In this document: positions 24,170 to 38,120 of the stretch, one piece after another
Numbering within the stretch: position 1 is the stretch's first letter
Layout: each line of letters opens with the position of its first letter
Origin: Malacoraja senta
Lineage: Eukaryota
Assembly: GCA_038087875.1 (NCBI GenBank)
Contig: CM075980.1
Location: 51,336,001-51,400,000, forward strand
Length of the DNA stretch: 64,000 bases
Direction of reading: 5' to 3'
Program-made: the position numbers and the translations under genes
Notes under the pieces: model-generated
Told to the model about the DNA's origin: nothing
The model's database searches: none
What the model saw: only the letters and a program-made list of their open reading frames with translations

Positions 24170-25380
24170 CATTAGTAAACCCATTCCAAGAACACTTCTC
24201 ATTGAATCGTTCCCCTTGCACCCAACTCATCTATTGAATGTGAATTAAACTCCATCTGCCATTCCGCGGTTCAATGACTAGTTGATCACGATCTCATTAT
24301 AATCGTAGACGATCTTTGTCCACCATGCCACTGTGCTGACTTGTGAAATAAGCCACTGATATTGATGTCCAAATCGTTAACGCAAACAATGAATAACAGT
24401 GGCCTCAGCACTGATCCCTGTGGCATACCAGGACTGTGAATCTAGGCCCATGCTACAGACCCCGCCATCTGAGAAACAGCCCTTTCCCACTACCCTCTGT
24501 CTCCTACCCTCAACCCAGCTTTGTGTCACGTTGGCGAGTTCGTCCTGGATTTGATGTGATCAAACCTTCCAGACTGGCCTGCCGTGTGGCTTTGCTAAAT
24601 TCTGTTTAAACAATATCTGTTACACTGCCCTTGTCAATCTTGGTCATGTCTTCAAACTTAATCAAATTCTAAAGACAATTTCTCATGCACCAAGCCAATC
24701 TGACTATCCATAATTAGTGATAGACACAAAGCTGGAGTAACTCAGCGGGTCAGACAGCATCTCTGGAGAAAAGGAGTAGGTGACCTCCTTCAGACCCCTC
24801 CGCTCACTCTGCAGCAACCCCGACATTTTTTCTTTAAATGTCCGCCGTGACGCAGAGCTTTTCTTTAGTCGCCTCCACCTCCGTGACTTTTTCCATGGGA
24901 AGGAGTTCTCACCACGCAGTGATGATCCCGTCTCCACCGGTCCCCCTCCTCTTTGATTCCCCCAGACAGCCTTCCGCCCTCTTGACCTCTTCATTTATAA
25001 CTGCCGGCGTGACATCAATCGTCTCAACTTTTCCACTCCCGATGTCTACTCTAACCTCGCCCACTCTGAATGTACAGCCCTCGGCTCACTCTACAGTAAC
25101 CCTGCCATTTTTTCTTTCAATCTGCAGTTCCTGCCTATCCATAATTAATCCCTGCCTTTCCAAATGCATGAGGATCCTGTCTCCCACCTTGCCCACTATT
25201 GATTTGGCCTTGCTGGCCTATAGTTCCCAGGCTTTTCTTTGCAGCTTTTCTTCAAAAGAGGCACAACATTAGCCACTCCAGTATTCCAACATCGCCCCTG
25301 TAGTTATGGACAATACACATTTCCCAGCCGGGGGGGGGGGCTCAATTTCTTCCCTAACTAACCATAATGTCGCAGAATAT
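24170..25380 (-). pseudogene. Old degenerate CR1 RT fragment containing a PLE-derived insert
   Basis: agtggcctcagcactgatccctgtggcatacca is the reverse complement of a G(M)PQGSVL(R)PL RT motif; tccatctgcca marks the WQM motif. Confidence 0.6.
24717..25134. mobile_element. Composite PLE insert: antisense terminal unit + sense N-terminal ORF segment
   Basis: 13-bp TSD ctatccataatta (24704-24716, 25135-25147); 24840-25105 is homologous to 3480-3760. Confidence 0.8.
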
Positions 25381-27160
25381 CCATATCCTGACATTTAAGA
25401 AGCAGTTAGACAGGTACATGGATAGGACAGGTTTGGAGGGATATGGACCAAATGCTGGCAGGCAGGACTAGTGTAGCTGGGAAATGTTGGCCAGTGTGGG
25501 CAAGTTGGGCCGAAGGGCCTGTTTCCACACCGTATCACTCTATGACTCTAATATAATTGATCACGTCCCAGGGATTCAACTTGTTTTTTGCTTTTTAAGT
25601 CTTTAATACTTCTTCTGTCATGTGGATTCTCAGCAAATTTGTCTGGCTGCTTTTAGTTTATTGTCATGTGTACCGAGGTAGGGTAAAAAGCGTGTTGCGT
25701 GCTAACCTGTCAGCAGAAAGACTATACATGATTACAATCGAGCCATCCACAGTTTACAGATACAGGGAATAATGTTTAATGCACAATAAAATCCAGTAAA
25801 GTCCGATTAAAGATCCAAGGGTCTACAATGGCCGATGTATGCTCCCTAGAGGAGCAAAGGGCTTAAGAAGAAGAGAAGAAGGGTCTCCAGTGATGGGTCA
25901 GGACAGCTCTCTGGTTGTTGGTAGGATGGTTCAGTTGCCGATTAGCAGCTTGGAAGAAACTGTCCCTGAATCTGAAGGTGCGTGTTTTCCACACTTCTGT
26001 ACCTCTTGCCTGATGGGAGAAGGGGGAGTGACTGGGGGTGAGACTCGCCCTTGGTTATGTTGGCACTTGATCTCCAACTTTGGGCATAAAACCTGACCGC
26101 TTGGAAGGTAGAAGTTGCAGTACAGCAGGAATAAACATCTGGAGAATTGTTGGAGGAGATTCAAAGGGAATCTTATTGTCCACTTCCATAATGATAAAAT
26201 GAGAGAGGCGGCTTTACATTTTCTCCCTCTATGTGTGCTGGTGCACCTCACTAGTGAAACGTATTAATAGTGTACAGGGACTGAGCACCCGATAATAGAG
26301 TATTTATGAGGCAGGAAAATGATCCACGTGTCCACTTGATTTGTGGATCTGACTGCCCACTGATGTTCTTTCCCTGGGGTTTGAATGTCCAGGCTAGGGA
26401 TGAGTAATGGCTTTCCCTATTGCTTTGTATTACTGACACCTGGGGCCACATATCGTGCCAGTAATGTAATATTAACTGTGACCTGGAAGCGGGCTAGGGT
26501 CATCGTAAACCATCCTTGCCTCTTGACAGCTCGAGTCAGAAAAACCATTGGCCTCGTGTTCCTTTGGGATTTCCAGCCTGCGTGGTATTACTGGCCAAAG
26601 TTACCTTGGGCGAGGGGTCGATATATTAAATATTTAAAATTCATTGCGGAGTTGAGGAGGAACATTTTTCTTCTTGTCACATTTATCAGCTCATTATGTT
26701 TGCATTTATTGTTTGAAAGGAACTTGAAGGAGAATGGTTGACATTGACTCTGTCTCTCCCGTTTCATCAAGGAGTGAGGAGATATAAGGCAGCAGCAACA
26801 GGAAGATTGTACTGGAGGTTGTGCTGGCTGCTTCATCTTCCCATTAGAGTGCATACAGGATCTTTATTCTCAAAGCAGATGGGTTTCTATTGATATTTCA
26901 CTTGATTGATCTTGTCTGACATTACTGGCACATCAATGTTGTTGAATTATCAATCGTGGATCTTGGTTCAGTTTAGTTAATTGTCACGTGTACCGAGGTA
27001 CAGTGAAGAGCTTTTGTTCCGTGCTAACCAGTCAGCAGAAAGACAACACATGATTACAATCGATCCATTTACCATGTTTAGAGACATGATAAGGGAATAA
27101 CGTTTGGTACCAGGAGGGCAGAGGTTCAAGGGTATGGATGTTGGAGCTTGGCAGCTGCAA

Positions 27161-27750
27161 GTTAGTTTAGTTTAGCATGCAGACAGGCCCTTTGGCCCAT
27201 CAGGGTCCACGCCGACCATTGATCACCAATTCACACTAGCTTCCCATCCATTCCCGACAGTGACAGTCGGGGCAATTTATGGAGGCTAATAAGCCTCCAA
27301 ATGTGCACGTCTTTGGGATGTGGGAAGAAACTGGACCAGCCGGAGGAAATGCACACAGTGGCACAGTGGGACAATTGCTGCCTTACAGTGCTAACACACA
27401 GGTTTGATCCTGACCATCGGTGCTGTCTGTACAGAGTTTGTACGTTCTCCCCGCGACCTGCGTATTTTTTCTTTGAGAACTCCGGTTTCCTCCCACACTC
27501 CAAACACGTACGGGTTTGTAGGCGAATCGGCTTGGCAAAATATAAATTGTCCCTAGTGTGTAGGATGTATGGGGATCGCTGGTCATCACAGCCCCGGCGG
27601 GCCGAAAGGCCTGTTTCCGTGCAGCATTTCTAAAATGAAAAAATGGTCAAAGGGAGAATGCGCAAACTCCACAAACCCAGCACCCGATGTCAGGATTGAA
27701 CCGGTGGTCTCTGACACTGTGAGGCAGCAGCTCAACTAGCTGCGCCACTG
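27161..27750. mobile_element. Nested SINEs (plus copy ~27355-27633 inside a minus copy)
   Basis: Minus SINE is split at its V domain by a complete plus-strand SINE. Confidence 0.75.
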
Positions 27751-29088
27751 AGTCACTACTGAGTCTCACTGAGCAAGAACAAGTGCAGTGCTCAGGGCGG
27801 GAGTGGACAGAGGGCGGGTACCGCTAAGTGTACGGGGCTGGATGAGGTCAAGGCTGTGGGATAAACACTGACGTATAAAAAAATGATTCATGTTGCTGAA
27901 CAGAAAGCTAGTGCAGAGCTGTGCGGGTTGGGTGAATGCTGTGAATCTGGCAGTGAGTGGTGGAGGCTGGCCTGCATTGTTGAGAGTCAGTAGAGTGAGA
28001 GGTGTCGACCAGGAATGCAGTAGAATCGTGTGGAGGTCTGGTGCTGGGTGCTGCCACACGAGCAAATTGGTTTCCTTGCTGCCAGTATGGTTTGTATTCC
28101 ATGGTACCATTTGTTCACAAAATGTGTAGGCGGGAACTGGAGTTGCTGGTTTAAATGGCAGGTAGACATTTTTCAGTCTGAAGAAGGGTCTTAACCCAAA
28201 ACGTCACCCATTCCTTCTCACCAGAGATGCTGCTTGTTCCGCTGAGTTACTCCAGCATTTTGTGTCTATCTACCCCAAGAGTACATTGAATATAGAACAG
28301 TACAGCACAAGAACAGGCCCTTCAGCCCACAATGTCTGTGCCGAACATGATGCCAAGACCATCACTCATCTACCTACACTTAACCCATATCCATTTGTTG
28401 CCTTCATATCTGCCTATTCAAAATTCTTTTAAATGCCAATATAGTTTCTTCTTCAACCACTATGGTGGCCTGTCGAGTTCTGGTTCAGGCAGTTGTCTCC
28501 TCTCTCTTGCGAATTCCTGTATCCACTGGGTTTTTCAGCATCGATCAACTTGAAATCTGAGAGTTTTCAACTACAAGTGGATGTACTTAAACAAAAAAAA
28601 AAAAAGTGAAGTCCACTGAGCGACAATGGAGAATGCTTCTGTAGCTGCTTCCGTACTTAATCCAGGGAGTGCCTAAAATTCCTTGCCGGGAATGTCCTTA
28701 TTTAGACTGAGCACGATGGATCAATCCCTGCTGACCCCTGGGACTTGCTAAAGGGTGTTTATTTGTACGTTAAAAGTGGGCACCATTTAATGCTCACTGC
28801 TAAATGCATTGGAGACGGTGGTGGTGAAGTGTCCGCTTGGATGTGTTTGTCCAAGGGGTGAAGATACTGCCACAGTACTATCCCCAGAGAAGGTGAAGGC
28901 CTGATGGATGTATTTCTAAGTCGGTCGCTGTGGGACCAGAAGGGTAGTGGGTGAATGCTGTGAATTAGGCAGTGAGGAGATAGACACAAAATGCTGGAGT
29001 AACTCGGCCTGTCAGGCAGCATCTCAAGAGAAAATGGTCTGAAACCTTCTTATGGCTGATAGGAGTGGGGGTAAAGAGGTTGTAAAAT

Positions 29089-29396
29089 GGCAGCACAGTG
29101 GCACAGCGGTAGAGTTGCTGCCTTACAGCACCAGAGACCCGGGTTCGATCCTGACCACGGGTGCTGTCTGTACGGAGTTTGTACGTTCTCACCGTGACTG
29201 CGTGGGTTCTCTCCGGGTGCTCTGGTTTTCTCCCGCACTCCATAGACAACCCTCCAGATTTGTTGGCTAATTGACTTTGGTAAAAATTGTAAATTGTCCC
29301 TAGTGTGTAGGATGGTGTTAGTGTACGGGGATCGCTGGTCGGTGCAGTATCGGTGGAGCAAAGGGCCTGTTTCTGCGCTGTATCAATAAACTAAAC
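29089..29396 (+). mobile_element. tRNA-derived V-domain SINE
   Basis: ggcagcacagtggcacagcggtagagttgctgccttacagcaccagagacccgggttcgatcc head; core; tail. Confidence 0.9.
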
Positions 29397-29469
29397 CGAA
29401 GTGAAGGGTTGTCTGAACCAGGACCAGGGGTGCAGTAGAATCCTGTGAGGGTGCTGGATGTACATCTAC

Positions 29470-29990
29470 ATGCACCTGCTGCACTCCATCTATACCTCAT
29501 GCTGCCCCGGCAAGGCCAGCAGCATAATCAAAGACAAGTTCCACCCTGGCCTCTCCCACTTCTCCCCTCTCCCATCAGGCAAAAAGGTACAGAAGTGTGA
29601 AAACACACATCTCCAGATTCGGGGACAGTTTCTTCCCAGCTGTTATCACGGAACTGAATTATGCTACCACAACCAGAGAGCAATGCTGCGCTGCTATCTT
29701 CCTCATTGGTGACCCTCAGATCAGCCATGATCATATTGAATGGCGGTGCATGCTCGAAGGGCCGAATGGCCTACTCCTGCACCTAATTTCTATGTTTCTA
29801 TGTTTCTATCCTTGAACGGACTTTGCTGGCTTTACCTTGCACAGAACGTTATTCCCTTCTCATGTATCGATACACTGCAAACGGCTCGATTGTAATCGTG
29901 TGTTGTCTTTCTGCTGACTGGATAGCACGCAACAAAAGTTTTTCACTGTACCTCGGTGCATGTGACAACAAACCAAAGTCAACTAAACTT
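29470..29990 (+). mobile_element. Rex1/Babar 3' end with an inserted CR1 tail (~29718-29808)
   Basis: SIYTSCCPGKASSIIKDKFHPG…LPSGK; 3' UTR shared with other copies. Confidence 0.75.
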
Positions 29991-31184
29991 ACCCTTTTGG
30001 ATGGGGATGTTGGGTGCTTTGGAGCTGCGGTTAATGTAACACGGCTGAGTAATGACAATGCAACGTACAGATGGCAGACACTGCAGCCACGGCCTAGTGA
30101 TGAGCAACATTCACAATGGGGGTGGGGAACCTTGTCTCGTGTCTACATGGGAATTAATCTACAGCTGGGCCAGTCCTTTGAAGTAATCAAGGTTTTGTGA
30201 TTTTTATTTTTGATATTCAATACAATGATGCGAATGCATTATTAAACATGTCTGATATTCCTCTCCCTGGAGGAACCGACGCTTCTTTGTGAGGACGGCT
30301 GGAATTGCGCGGTTGGAGAGAGAGAGGTTTAGCAAAATAAAGTGAGAAGAGGTGATTTTTTTATATCTTTAAACCCAGAACAATGAAGACATCAGGGTGA
30401 GGATAATTTCAAGAGGGAGATTATCAAATGGAGGCACTTTAGCTGAATGTAATTTGCAGATGGTCCAATAAAATTTATGATGCAAACCACTTATTGGCAT
30501 TTGGGGATCTGATCCCATCTCAACAGCAGTGCATCTGAGAAGGAAGGTGAATGCTCCTGTTTAAAATATTTAAGACATGGATGTTTTCTTTGGAAATTGC
30601 AACCAATCCAAACTAAAGCAGGCAATTGACTAATTCTTCCCCTGCCTGATGTTTCTGAGGCTGGTTTTGTCTCAACTAAACTGAACTGAACCATCCTACC
30701 AACAACTTCAGAGCGGTCCTGAGCTACTGTCTACCTCATGGAGACCCTCGGACTAATCTTTGATAGGACTTTACTGGTCTTTATCTTGCACTAAATGTTA
30801 TTCACATTATTTCCCTTTTATTATGTATCTGTATTGTAGATGGCTCAATGTAATTATGTATTGTCTTTCCGCTGATTGGTTAGGCACTGAACAAAAGCTT
30901 TTCATTGTACCTCGGTGCACAGACAATAAACTCAACTCAACCCAAACTCAAACTACTCTGTGTGAAGTCTAGGTTCCATCGCTTTCTAGAACTAAAATCA
31001 ATCTATCTCCCTCCTCGGACCTCCATCCGATATGTTGACTTACACTTATGCCTCCACAGATGCTGCTTGACTTGCTGAGTTCTTGCAGCTTTATTTGTTC
31101 CAAATTCCAACCTTGTTTTATCTTTCTTTTGCTGCCTGCTTTGGTTCGGGCATGCCCTGCGTACACGCCAAGTAGCTCACGCGG

Positions 31185-31852
31185 GTGGTGCAGCGGGTAG
31201 AACCGCTGCCTCACAGCTCCAAAGATCCAAGTTCAATTCTGTGCTCTGGTACTGCCTGTGCGGAGTTTGCACTTTCTGTCTGTGACTGTGTGCGATTTTT
31301 CCAGGTGCTCCAGTTTCCTCCCACATCCCAAAGATGTGCGGGTTTGTAGGTTAATTGGCCTCTAAGGCCAATAAGGGAGTTGATGAGAAAGTGTGATAAT
31401 GTGGAACTAATGTAAGTGGGTGATCGGTGGTCAGTATGAATTCAGTGGGCCGAAGGGCCTGTTTCCATGGAGTGCAGGAGGATGAGGGGTGATCTTGTAG
31501 AGGTGTACAAAATCATGAGAGGAATAGATTGGGTCAACGCACAGATCTTCTTGCCCAGAGTACATCAAATACCGAAGGATATAGGTTTAAGGTGACGTGG
31601 AAAAGATTTAATAGGATCCTGAGGGGTAACCTTTTTTACTCAAAGGGTGGTGGGTGTTTGGAACAAGCTGCTGGAGGAGGTACTGTTGCAGCAAACCTTT
31701 AGGAAACATTTAGACAGGTGCATGGATAGGATAAGTTTGGCGGAATATGGAACAAACACAGGCAGGTGGGATTAGTGTAGTTGGCACATGTTGGTCGGTG
31801 TGGGCAAGTTGGGCTGCAGGGCCTGTTTCCATGCTGTGTGACTCTATGACTC
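31185..31852 (+). mobile_element. V-domain SINE (31185-31470) followed directly by a CR1-type LINE 3' end (31470-31852)
   Basis: Both end in agggcctgtttccatg. Confidence 0.8.
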
Positions 31853-32279
31853 TAGGTCTATGGCATCTGTACCTCCCAGCTGAGTGAGGCATTGCAAAAG
31901 CGTTGAAAATTCACAACACAAGTTACCATTCAGGCCATTTTTCTTTTGCTATTCAATAAAGAGCAACTTGACCAAATCCCTCCTTCCAGCCACAGGTCAG
32001 TGGCCTTGCAGGTGGCTCTCCAAGTGTGAATGCTATGATGGCGTTTGTCCCTCCTCCCTTACAGGGAGTGAGTTCCAAACTTCCAACCCTGGGTGAAAAC
32101 TATTTTCCTCATCTTCTCACTGATCTTTTAACCAATTACTTTAAATCTTTTGCCTCCTGATTTTTGACTTCCTCTGCTGTGGGAAGTAAGTCCCTGCTAG
32201 CTATTCGATCTATTGCCCCTTGTAATTGTATCGACTTCAAGCCTCTCCTTGGCTGCGTTCATTAGTTAGTTGTCCAACT

Positions 32280-33390
32280 TGGGTTTGGGTTTATTATTGT
32301 CACATGTACTGAGGTACAAAGAAAAGAATTGTTTTGCATGCGATCCAACCAAATTGGATATACCATACATAAGTACACTCAAGCCAAATATGAGTAAAAT
32401 AGCTGGAGCGAAGGGGAAGATACAGAGTGCAGTCTCATGTTCTCAGCATTGTAGCCCACCAGTTCCATAAACAAAGTCCAATGTTCACAATGGTGTAGAA
32501 GTGAATTAGACAGAACCATAGCTTATGAAAGGAATGTTCAGAAGCCTGATAATGGAGGGGAAGAAGCTGATCCTGAGTCTGATGTTGCACTCTTTAACGT
32601 TACTCTAACTTCTGCTGGATAGGAGCAGGGAGAAGAAGGAATGATCAGGGTGAGACAAGTCTTTGGTTATGTTGGCTGCTTTTCTGCAGCAGCGTGAAAT
32701 GCAGAGGAAGTCAATGGTGGGGAGTCTGGTCGATATGATAGCTGCATTTGTTTTGTGGCCTTGGGCGGGGCTGTTCCAAAATTCAAGCTGTTATGCAACC
32801 CAATTGTATGCTTTCACCGTTGCTTCTGCAGATGTTTGTAAGAGTTGTTGGAGGCGTGATGAACGTCTTCATACTCCTCAGTAAGTAGAGGTGTCGCTGT
32901 GACTTATCACCTGGCGCATCAATGTGTTCATCAGTCTAAAGAAGAGTCTCGACCTGAAACCTCACCCTATTCCTTCCCTCCGAAGATGCTGCCTGTCCTG
33001 CTGAGTTACTCCAACATTTTGTGTCTATCTGCAATTTAAACCAGCATCTGCAGTTCTTTCCTACGCATCAATGTGGTTGGTCCACAACAGACTATTGTTA
33101 GTATTTATGCCAAGGAACTTGAAGCTCTCAACCACTTTGACTTTGGCACCATTGCTGATTGGGGCATGTACTCCACCATAATAAAGTTGATCACTAGCTC
33201 CTTCGTCTTGCTGATATTGAGGGAGAGGTTACTGTCCTGACACCATAATACTAAGTTCTCTATCTCCTTCCTGTACTCCATTTTTGTCAGCGTTTGTGAT
33301 TTGGCCCACTACAGTGGTGTCATCTTCAAGCTTATAGATGCCGATAGAGCCAAATTGTGCTGTACAGTCGTGAGTGTAATGTGTAGAAGT
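32280..33390 (-). mobile_element. Rex1/Babar degenerate fragment
   Basis: Antisense 3' UTR, C-terminal motifs and gaagatgacaccactgtagtgggc (ADDT-like RT motif). Confidence 0.65.
32927..33063 (+). mobile_element. Solo HHR-bearing PLE unit with a 12-bp TSD
   Basis: cgcatcaatgtg at 32915-32926 and 33064-33075. Confidence 0.85.
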
Positions 33391-34099
33391 AGACTAAACA
33401 AACTATCACATCTAAACTTCCTTCCAATGGTTGAAGCCCAGTCATACTTGAGGAAAGATGGTGTTTGGTTAATGGTCACTCATCTCTGCTCCCACTGCAC
33501 TTGTCCTGGGCCCAACCAGCTTCAGTTGCTTCATCAAAGACGAGGCTTCTATCGTAGAGATTGGGTAGCTTATGACACTTGTAGTACAGTGTTCAATTCC
33601 ATTCACAAGTCGTCAGCATACTAAAATGGGCTGATAAACAGCAAGTAATATTCTTATCACAAAAAGTGACATGCGCGGACTCTCCAACACGAGAGAGTCG
33701 AACCTCCCACCCCTGCAGTTTATTACATTGTATAGTGACGCTCTCGACATCTAATATTCTGTGGGTCACCACTGACCAGCAACTCTGGTCTAGTCTGGTC
33801 ACATGTACCAAGGTACTGTGAAAAGCATTTTGTTGCGTGCTATGTAGTCAGCGAAAAGACTATACAAGATTACAAGCAAGCGATCCACAGTGTACAGATA
33901 TTGGATAAGGCATATTAACTAAAGGGTATTAAAATTAAAGGGTAAATATTAATTTGGCTTACTAAGCAGAAAACTAAAAATCGCCTCTTTCCCTCACTGG
34001 GCTGAATTTCTCACTCACCAATAGGTCCCCCACTCACCAACGTCTTGGGTTTCATAATGTGGGAGCACTGTGCTGTGGAACTGGACTTCATGCTGCTTA

Positions 34100-34231
34100 A
34101 TGTGTAGGAAGGGACTGCGGACGCTGATTTACACCGAAGATGGGCACACAATGCTGGAATAACTCAGTGGTTCAGGCAGCATCTCTGGAGAGAAGGAATG
34201 GGTGACGTTTCAGATTGAGACCCTTCTTCAG
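34100..34231 (-). mobile_element. Solo HHR-bearing PLE unit
   Basis: Flanked by gcttaat on both sides; ends in gacccttcttcag. Confidence 0.8.
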
Positions 34232-34764
34232 GCTTAATTTGTCTGCAATGTTCACACAGGCTCTGGGACAATGCAAAAAAAGCTCCTTCCGAGAAGCACG
34301 GTTTTCAAAGTGACCTTCTCCATAGGTCAAAGATTACCGACAGCAGAGTGCACCAGTAATCGGGTAAGGGAGCACAGGTGATGTGCAGTAAGCCCTCCCA
34401 TGTTGTTCTGCAGTTCCACCTATTATAGTGCTTGAATGAATCTCTGATGCAATTACAGAAATTGCTGGCTTTTTGCTATTTTCTTGTGAGAAGCACCCTG
34501 CCTAAAGACCTTTGACCCCTGCACAATATGCACTTACAGGATTTCCACTTTACTTGAAGCCTTTGAACTGCTGTCGAGCATTGAGAGTGCCTAATCCAGC
34601 CCTGCAGCCAGACTGCTTGGTCTGATGGGTGTGGGGAGGGAGCTTCACTGAAGCGGTAACATTTGAACCAATGTCCAGCAATGACGAATCCCTCCTTGAA
34701 CACCCAGTGGATTTCAATTTAAATTCTGGAGACGAGTGACCATTTCAAGGTGCATGTCGAAGAA

Positions 34765-35420
34765 CAGAGAAACAAGGAACTTCAGATTCTGAAGTTTTAA
34801 TACAAAATAAGACACAATGCTGGAGCAGTTCAAGGATCGGATAGTATCTCAGGAGAACATGGATAGGCATTTTAACTCTCCTTCCCATTCCCACATTGTC
34901 CTTTCTGTCCTGGGCCTGGCTCCGTTGCCAGAGAGAGGCCATACGTAAACTGGAGGAACAACACCTCATATTCCACTTGGGTAGCTTACAACCCAATAGC
35001 ATGAACATTGAATTCTCCAATTTTAGGTAACTATATAATATAACACTCCCCATTCTGCAGACGCTGGTTTATACCAAAGATAGCCACAAAGTGCTGGAGT
35101 AACTCAGTGGGCCAGGCAGTGTCTCTGGAGAAAAAGGATGGGTGATGTTTTGGGTTGAGACGCTTCTTCAGACTGAGAGTAAAGGGGATGGGACTGAGGT
35201 AATGAAAGGCCAGAACAAAGCAGATGACTAGGGAAGAGTGGAGCCCATAATGGCCCATTGTTGGCTGAGGAAGATGTGATAACGAAGGCATACAAGGATG
35301 TGAACAGTGGAACTAGTAGGATGTCTAGGGTGGGGGAGGGGGGGGGAAGAGAGGGAATGCAGGGGTTACTTGAAATTGGAGAAATCACCATTCATACTGC
35401 TGTGTTGTAAGCTGCCCGAC
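34765..35420. mobile_element. PLE 3' fragments in opposite orientations
   Basis: Plus-strand EN C-terminus (KLEEQHLIFHLGSLQPNSMNIEFS, ~34870-35030) and a minus-strand 3' UTR plus HHR unit (~35055-35420). Confidence 0.75.
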
Positions 35421-37744
35421 CTGGAGGAGATATGGGCCATATACAGGCAGGGGGATTGGTTAGATTGACCAACATGATAACTGGTTGGGTTGTAGGGCTT
35501 GATCCTGCGCTGTCATGTTCTGGGTTCTATCCATGCTCTCTTGAAAGCACCTAGGAGCTTGCTCCCTCTCTCCTGCAACCTCTTCCTCCTCCATAGCCGC
35601 TGAAGTCTATTGTCTGGCTGCCAAGAGAAGCTTGGCTTTAAGGATTGTTGTTCTCCTTTGTTGGAAAATTCAGCATTCAATCCTAGTCGGAATCACATGG
35701 GTCCCACTCCAGTGACCATTCAGCATGTGAAACACTGTAATGCTGTTCCACACTTACTTTTAGGCCAATTTTGCTATTTATTTTTAGTGGGGCCCAATCA
35801 GGGATTAGTTTTAAATGCAAAATGTCTGGTTCAAAACAAGATTTCTAGGCGCTCTTGTTCACATCAAAGCATGAAACCGGATCCCAAGCTGAGCTAATGC
35901 TTTAGAAGAGGAAAGAAAATTCATAAATTGCTTCTGGGCTTGTCATTCAACCAGCTGCATCCATCTGCTCTGGCCTTTGATAGGAGTTTAGTTTAGTTTA
36001 GAGATGCAGCGCAGAAACAGGCCCTTTCGGCCCACCATTGGTACCCGCATATTAACTCCATCCTACACACACTAAGGACGATTTCTACATTTACCGAGCC
36101 AATTAACCTACATACATGTACGTCTTTGGAGTGTGGGAGGAAACCGAAGATCTCGAAGAAAACCCACGCAGGTCATGGGGAGAACGTACAAACTCTCTTC
36201 ACTTGTAATGGAAAATGCCTTTGGGAAGTGTGATATACACAGTGGGTGCAGTAAACATGACTGAGGATGGATTATGGAATGTGTCGGAGCCTAACACTGA
36301 TCTTCCAAGCTGTGTGTAACTCTGCTTTGGAAAATGTGGGCAGTGATTCAGTTTCCTTGCTACATGCCCGCTGTTCCACCTCAACTTCCCACAGCATTAA
36401 AACTGGTGTTGAGTGAGCTCTGTGAACAAGGCGTTCTGCGTTTTGTCAATCGTTGGAGAGCAGGGAGGGAGGAGGAGTGAAGGAGAGGGGATGGGGAAGC
36501 AGATTCAACAGCTGTTCCATCAGACATTTAGTTTCAGAGCTGCCACCTGGAGATGAGTTGTGTCGGGAGCTGAGCGGATACAATTCCATTATCTGTCGCT
36601 GTCGCCACAGCGGAGAAGAGTTCAGAGCAAGACCACGGAGGTAGTGCAGCATTCTGGTCTGAGTCAGGTTAGCTCACAGTCCAGTGAGTTGCAGATGGTG
36701 TCCCAACCCAGTCTTTAGCCAGCTCACTGCTGTATCTACATACAGGCGTTCAGTCAGTGGAAAACTGCCTGTGCTACAATTTTCCGTAACGCAAAACTAC
36801 GTCATCTGTGAATGTGTCAAGAAAAGCAAGTTGAAAAAAAGTTTTTTTTACACCAACTCCATGTGAGCGAATTTTATTCTGTGCCTCAAATTGTTGGGTA
36901 ATGACGTGTGTTGTGTACGGGCAAATTTCTGTTGCCTGAGCATCCGTAGTGTGGAGGTTGGCTGGCTATGCCTCTGTATCTTCTTCCATCCTCAATTTAG
37001 TGCAAGGATGCTATGTTTTGAAGCGTTTAAAAACTGAAATGCATCTCTTGCCAGTTGAAAATATATATATATAGCTGCCCCACTTCACATTGTAAATATA
37101 ACCCAACAGAAATGTGCCTTCCCAGACATTTGTTGATACGGTGGTAAAATGAGTGAGACAATTTAGCAAGAAATTGCAAAGGCAGAAATCCCTGCAAAGC
37201 AAGGCTGCCCGGGGAAGGACATGGCTTCCGGTGGCTTGTCGAGCTGATCAGTCTTGGTGCGTTCATCCGTGTGAGCGTTTCATGATAATCAGACTACGCC
37301 TCATTGACTAATCACCTCCGCACCTTGCCTTCCCAACATATGGCTTGCTGGGCTGCCAATCTACATTGTTTAGATGAGAATCTTTGCCAGGTTGAGATTG
37401 TGCAGAGACTGTGCTGAGTGTAGCTTGAGGGAAGGAAAAGGTAGAAGCGAGACAAATAATACAGAGTTTAACGTTCTTCCACAGTGCACTGTGTGCAGTG
37501 GTAACCCCTCTTTTAATTATGTTACATACGTTTCCATATAAATTTTCAGTGATTTTCTTTAACGGGATACCCACATGTTTTCTCTTCATTGATCCCATGG
37601 GAATTATATTCTGCACTCTATCTTCTTATTGGTCCACCTATTGTACCTGAGTATGCCTCATTGTATCTGTGTATAGTATTATCCTATTTGACTGGATAGC
37701 ATGCAAAACATGTTTTTCACTGTACCACGCTACACATGAGGATA

Positions 37745-38120
37745 CAAGTTCAAAAGTAATAGGAGCAGAATTAGGCCATTTGGCCCATCAGGTCTATGCC
37801 ATTCAATCATGGCTGATCTATCTCTCCTGCCCCCAGTCTCCTGCCTTCTGCCATAACCCCTGACATCAGTACCCCATACCAATCAAGAATCTATCTGTGG
37901 AATTCTCTGCCACAGAAGGCAGTGGAGACCAATTCACTGGATGTTTTCAAGAGAGGTAGATTTAGCTCTTAGGGCTGAAGGAATCAAGAGATGTGGGGAA
38001 AAAGCAGGAACGGAGTACTGATTTTGGATGATCAGCTATAATCATATTGAATGGCAGTGCTGACTCAAAGAGGGCCGAATGGCCTGCTCCAGCTCCTATT
38101 TTCGATGTTTCTATGTTTCT
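37745..38120. mobile_element. CR1 3' ends (minus ~37745-37895, plus ~37895-38120)
   Basis: Match the 3' region of the CR1 copy at 49200-49434. Confidence 0.75.

Noticed and set aside
29089-29165. tRNA-like sequences with A/B boxes (many copies)
   Set aside because: Heads of SINEs, always followed by the V domain or SINE body; not bona fide tRNA genes.
36453-36644. Possible exon (tttcag|…|gtagtg) with an open frame
   Set aside because: Weak donor site, no recognisable protein similarity, no supporting neighbouring exons.
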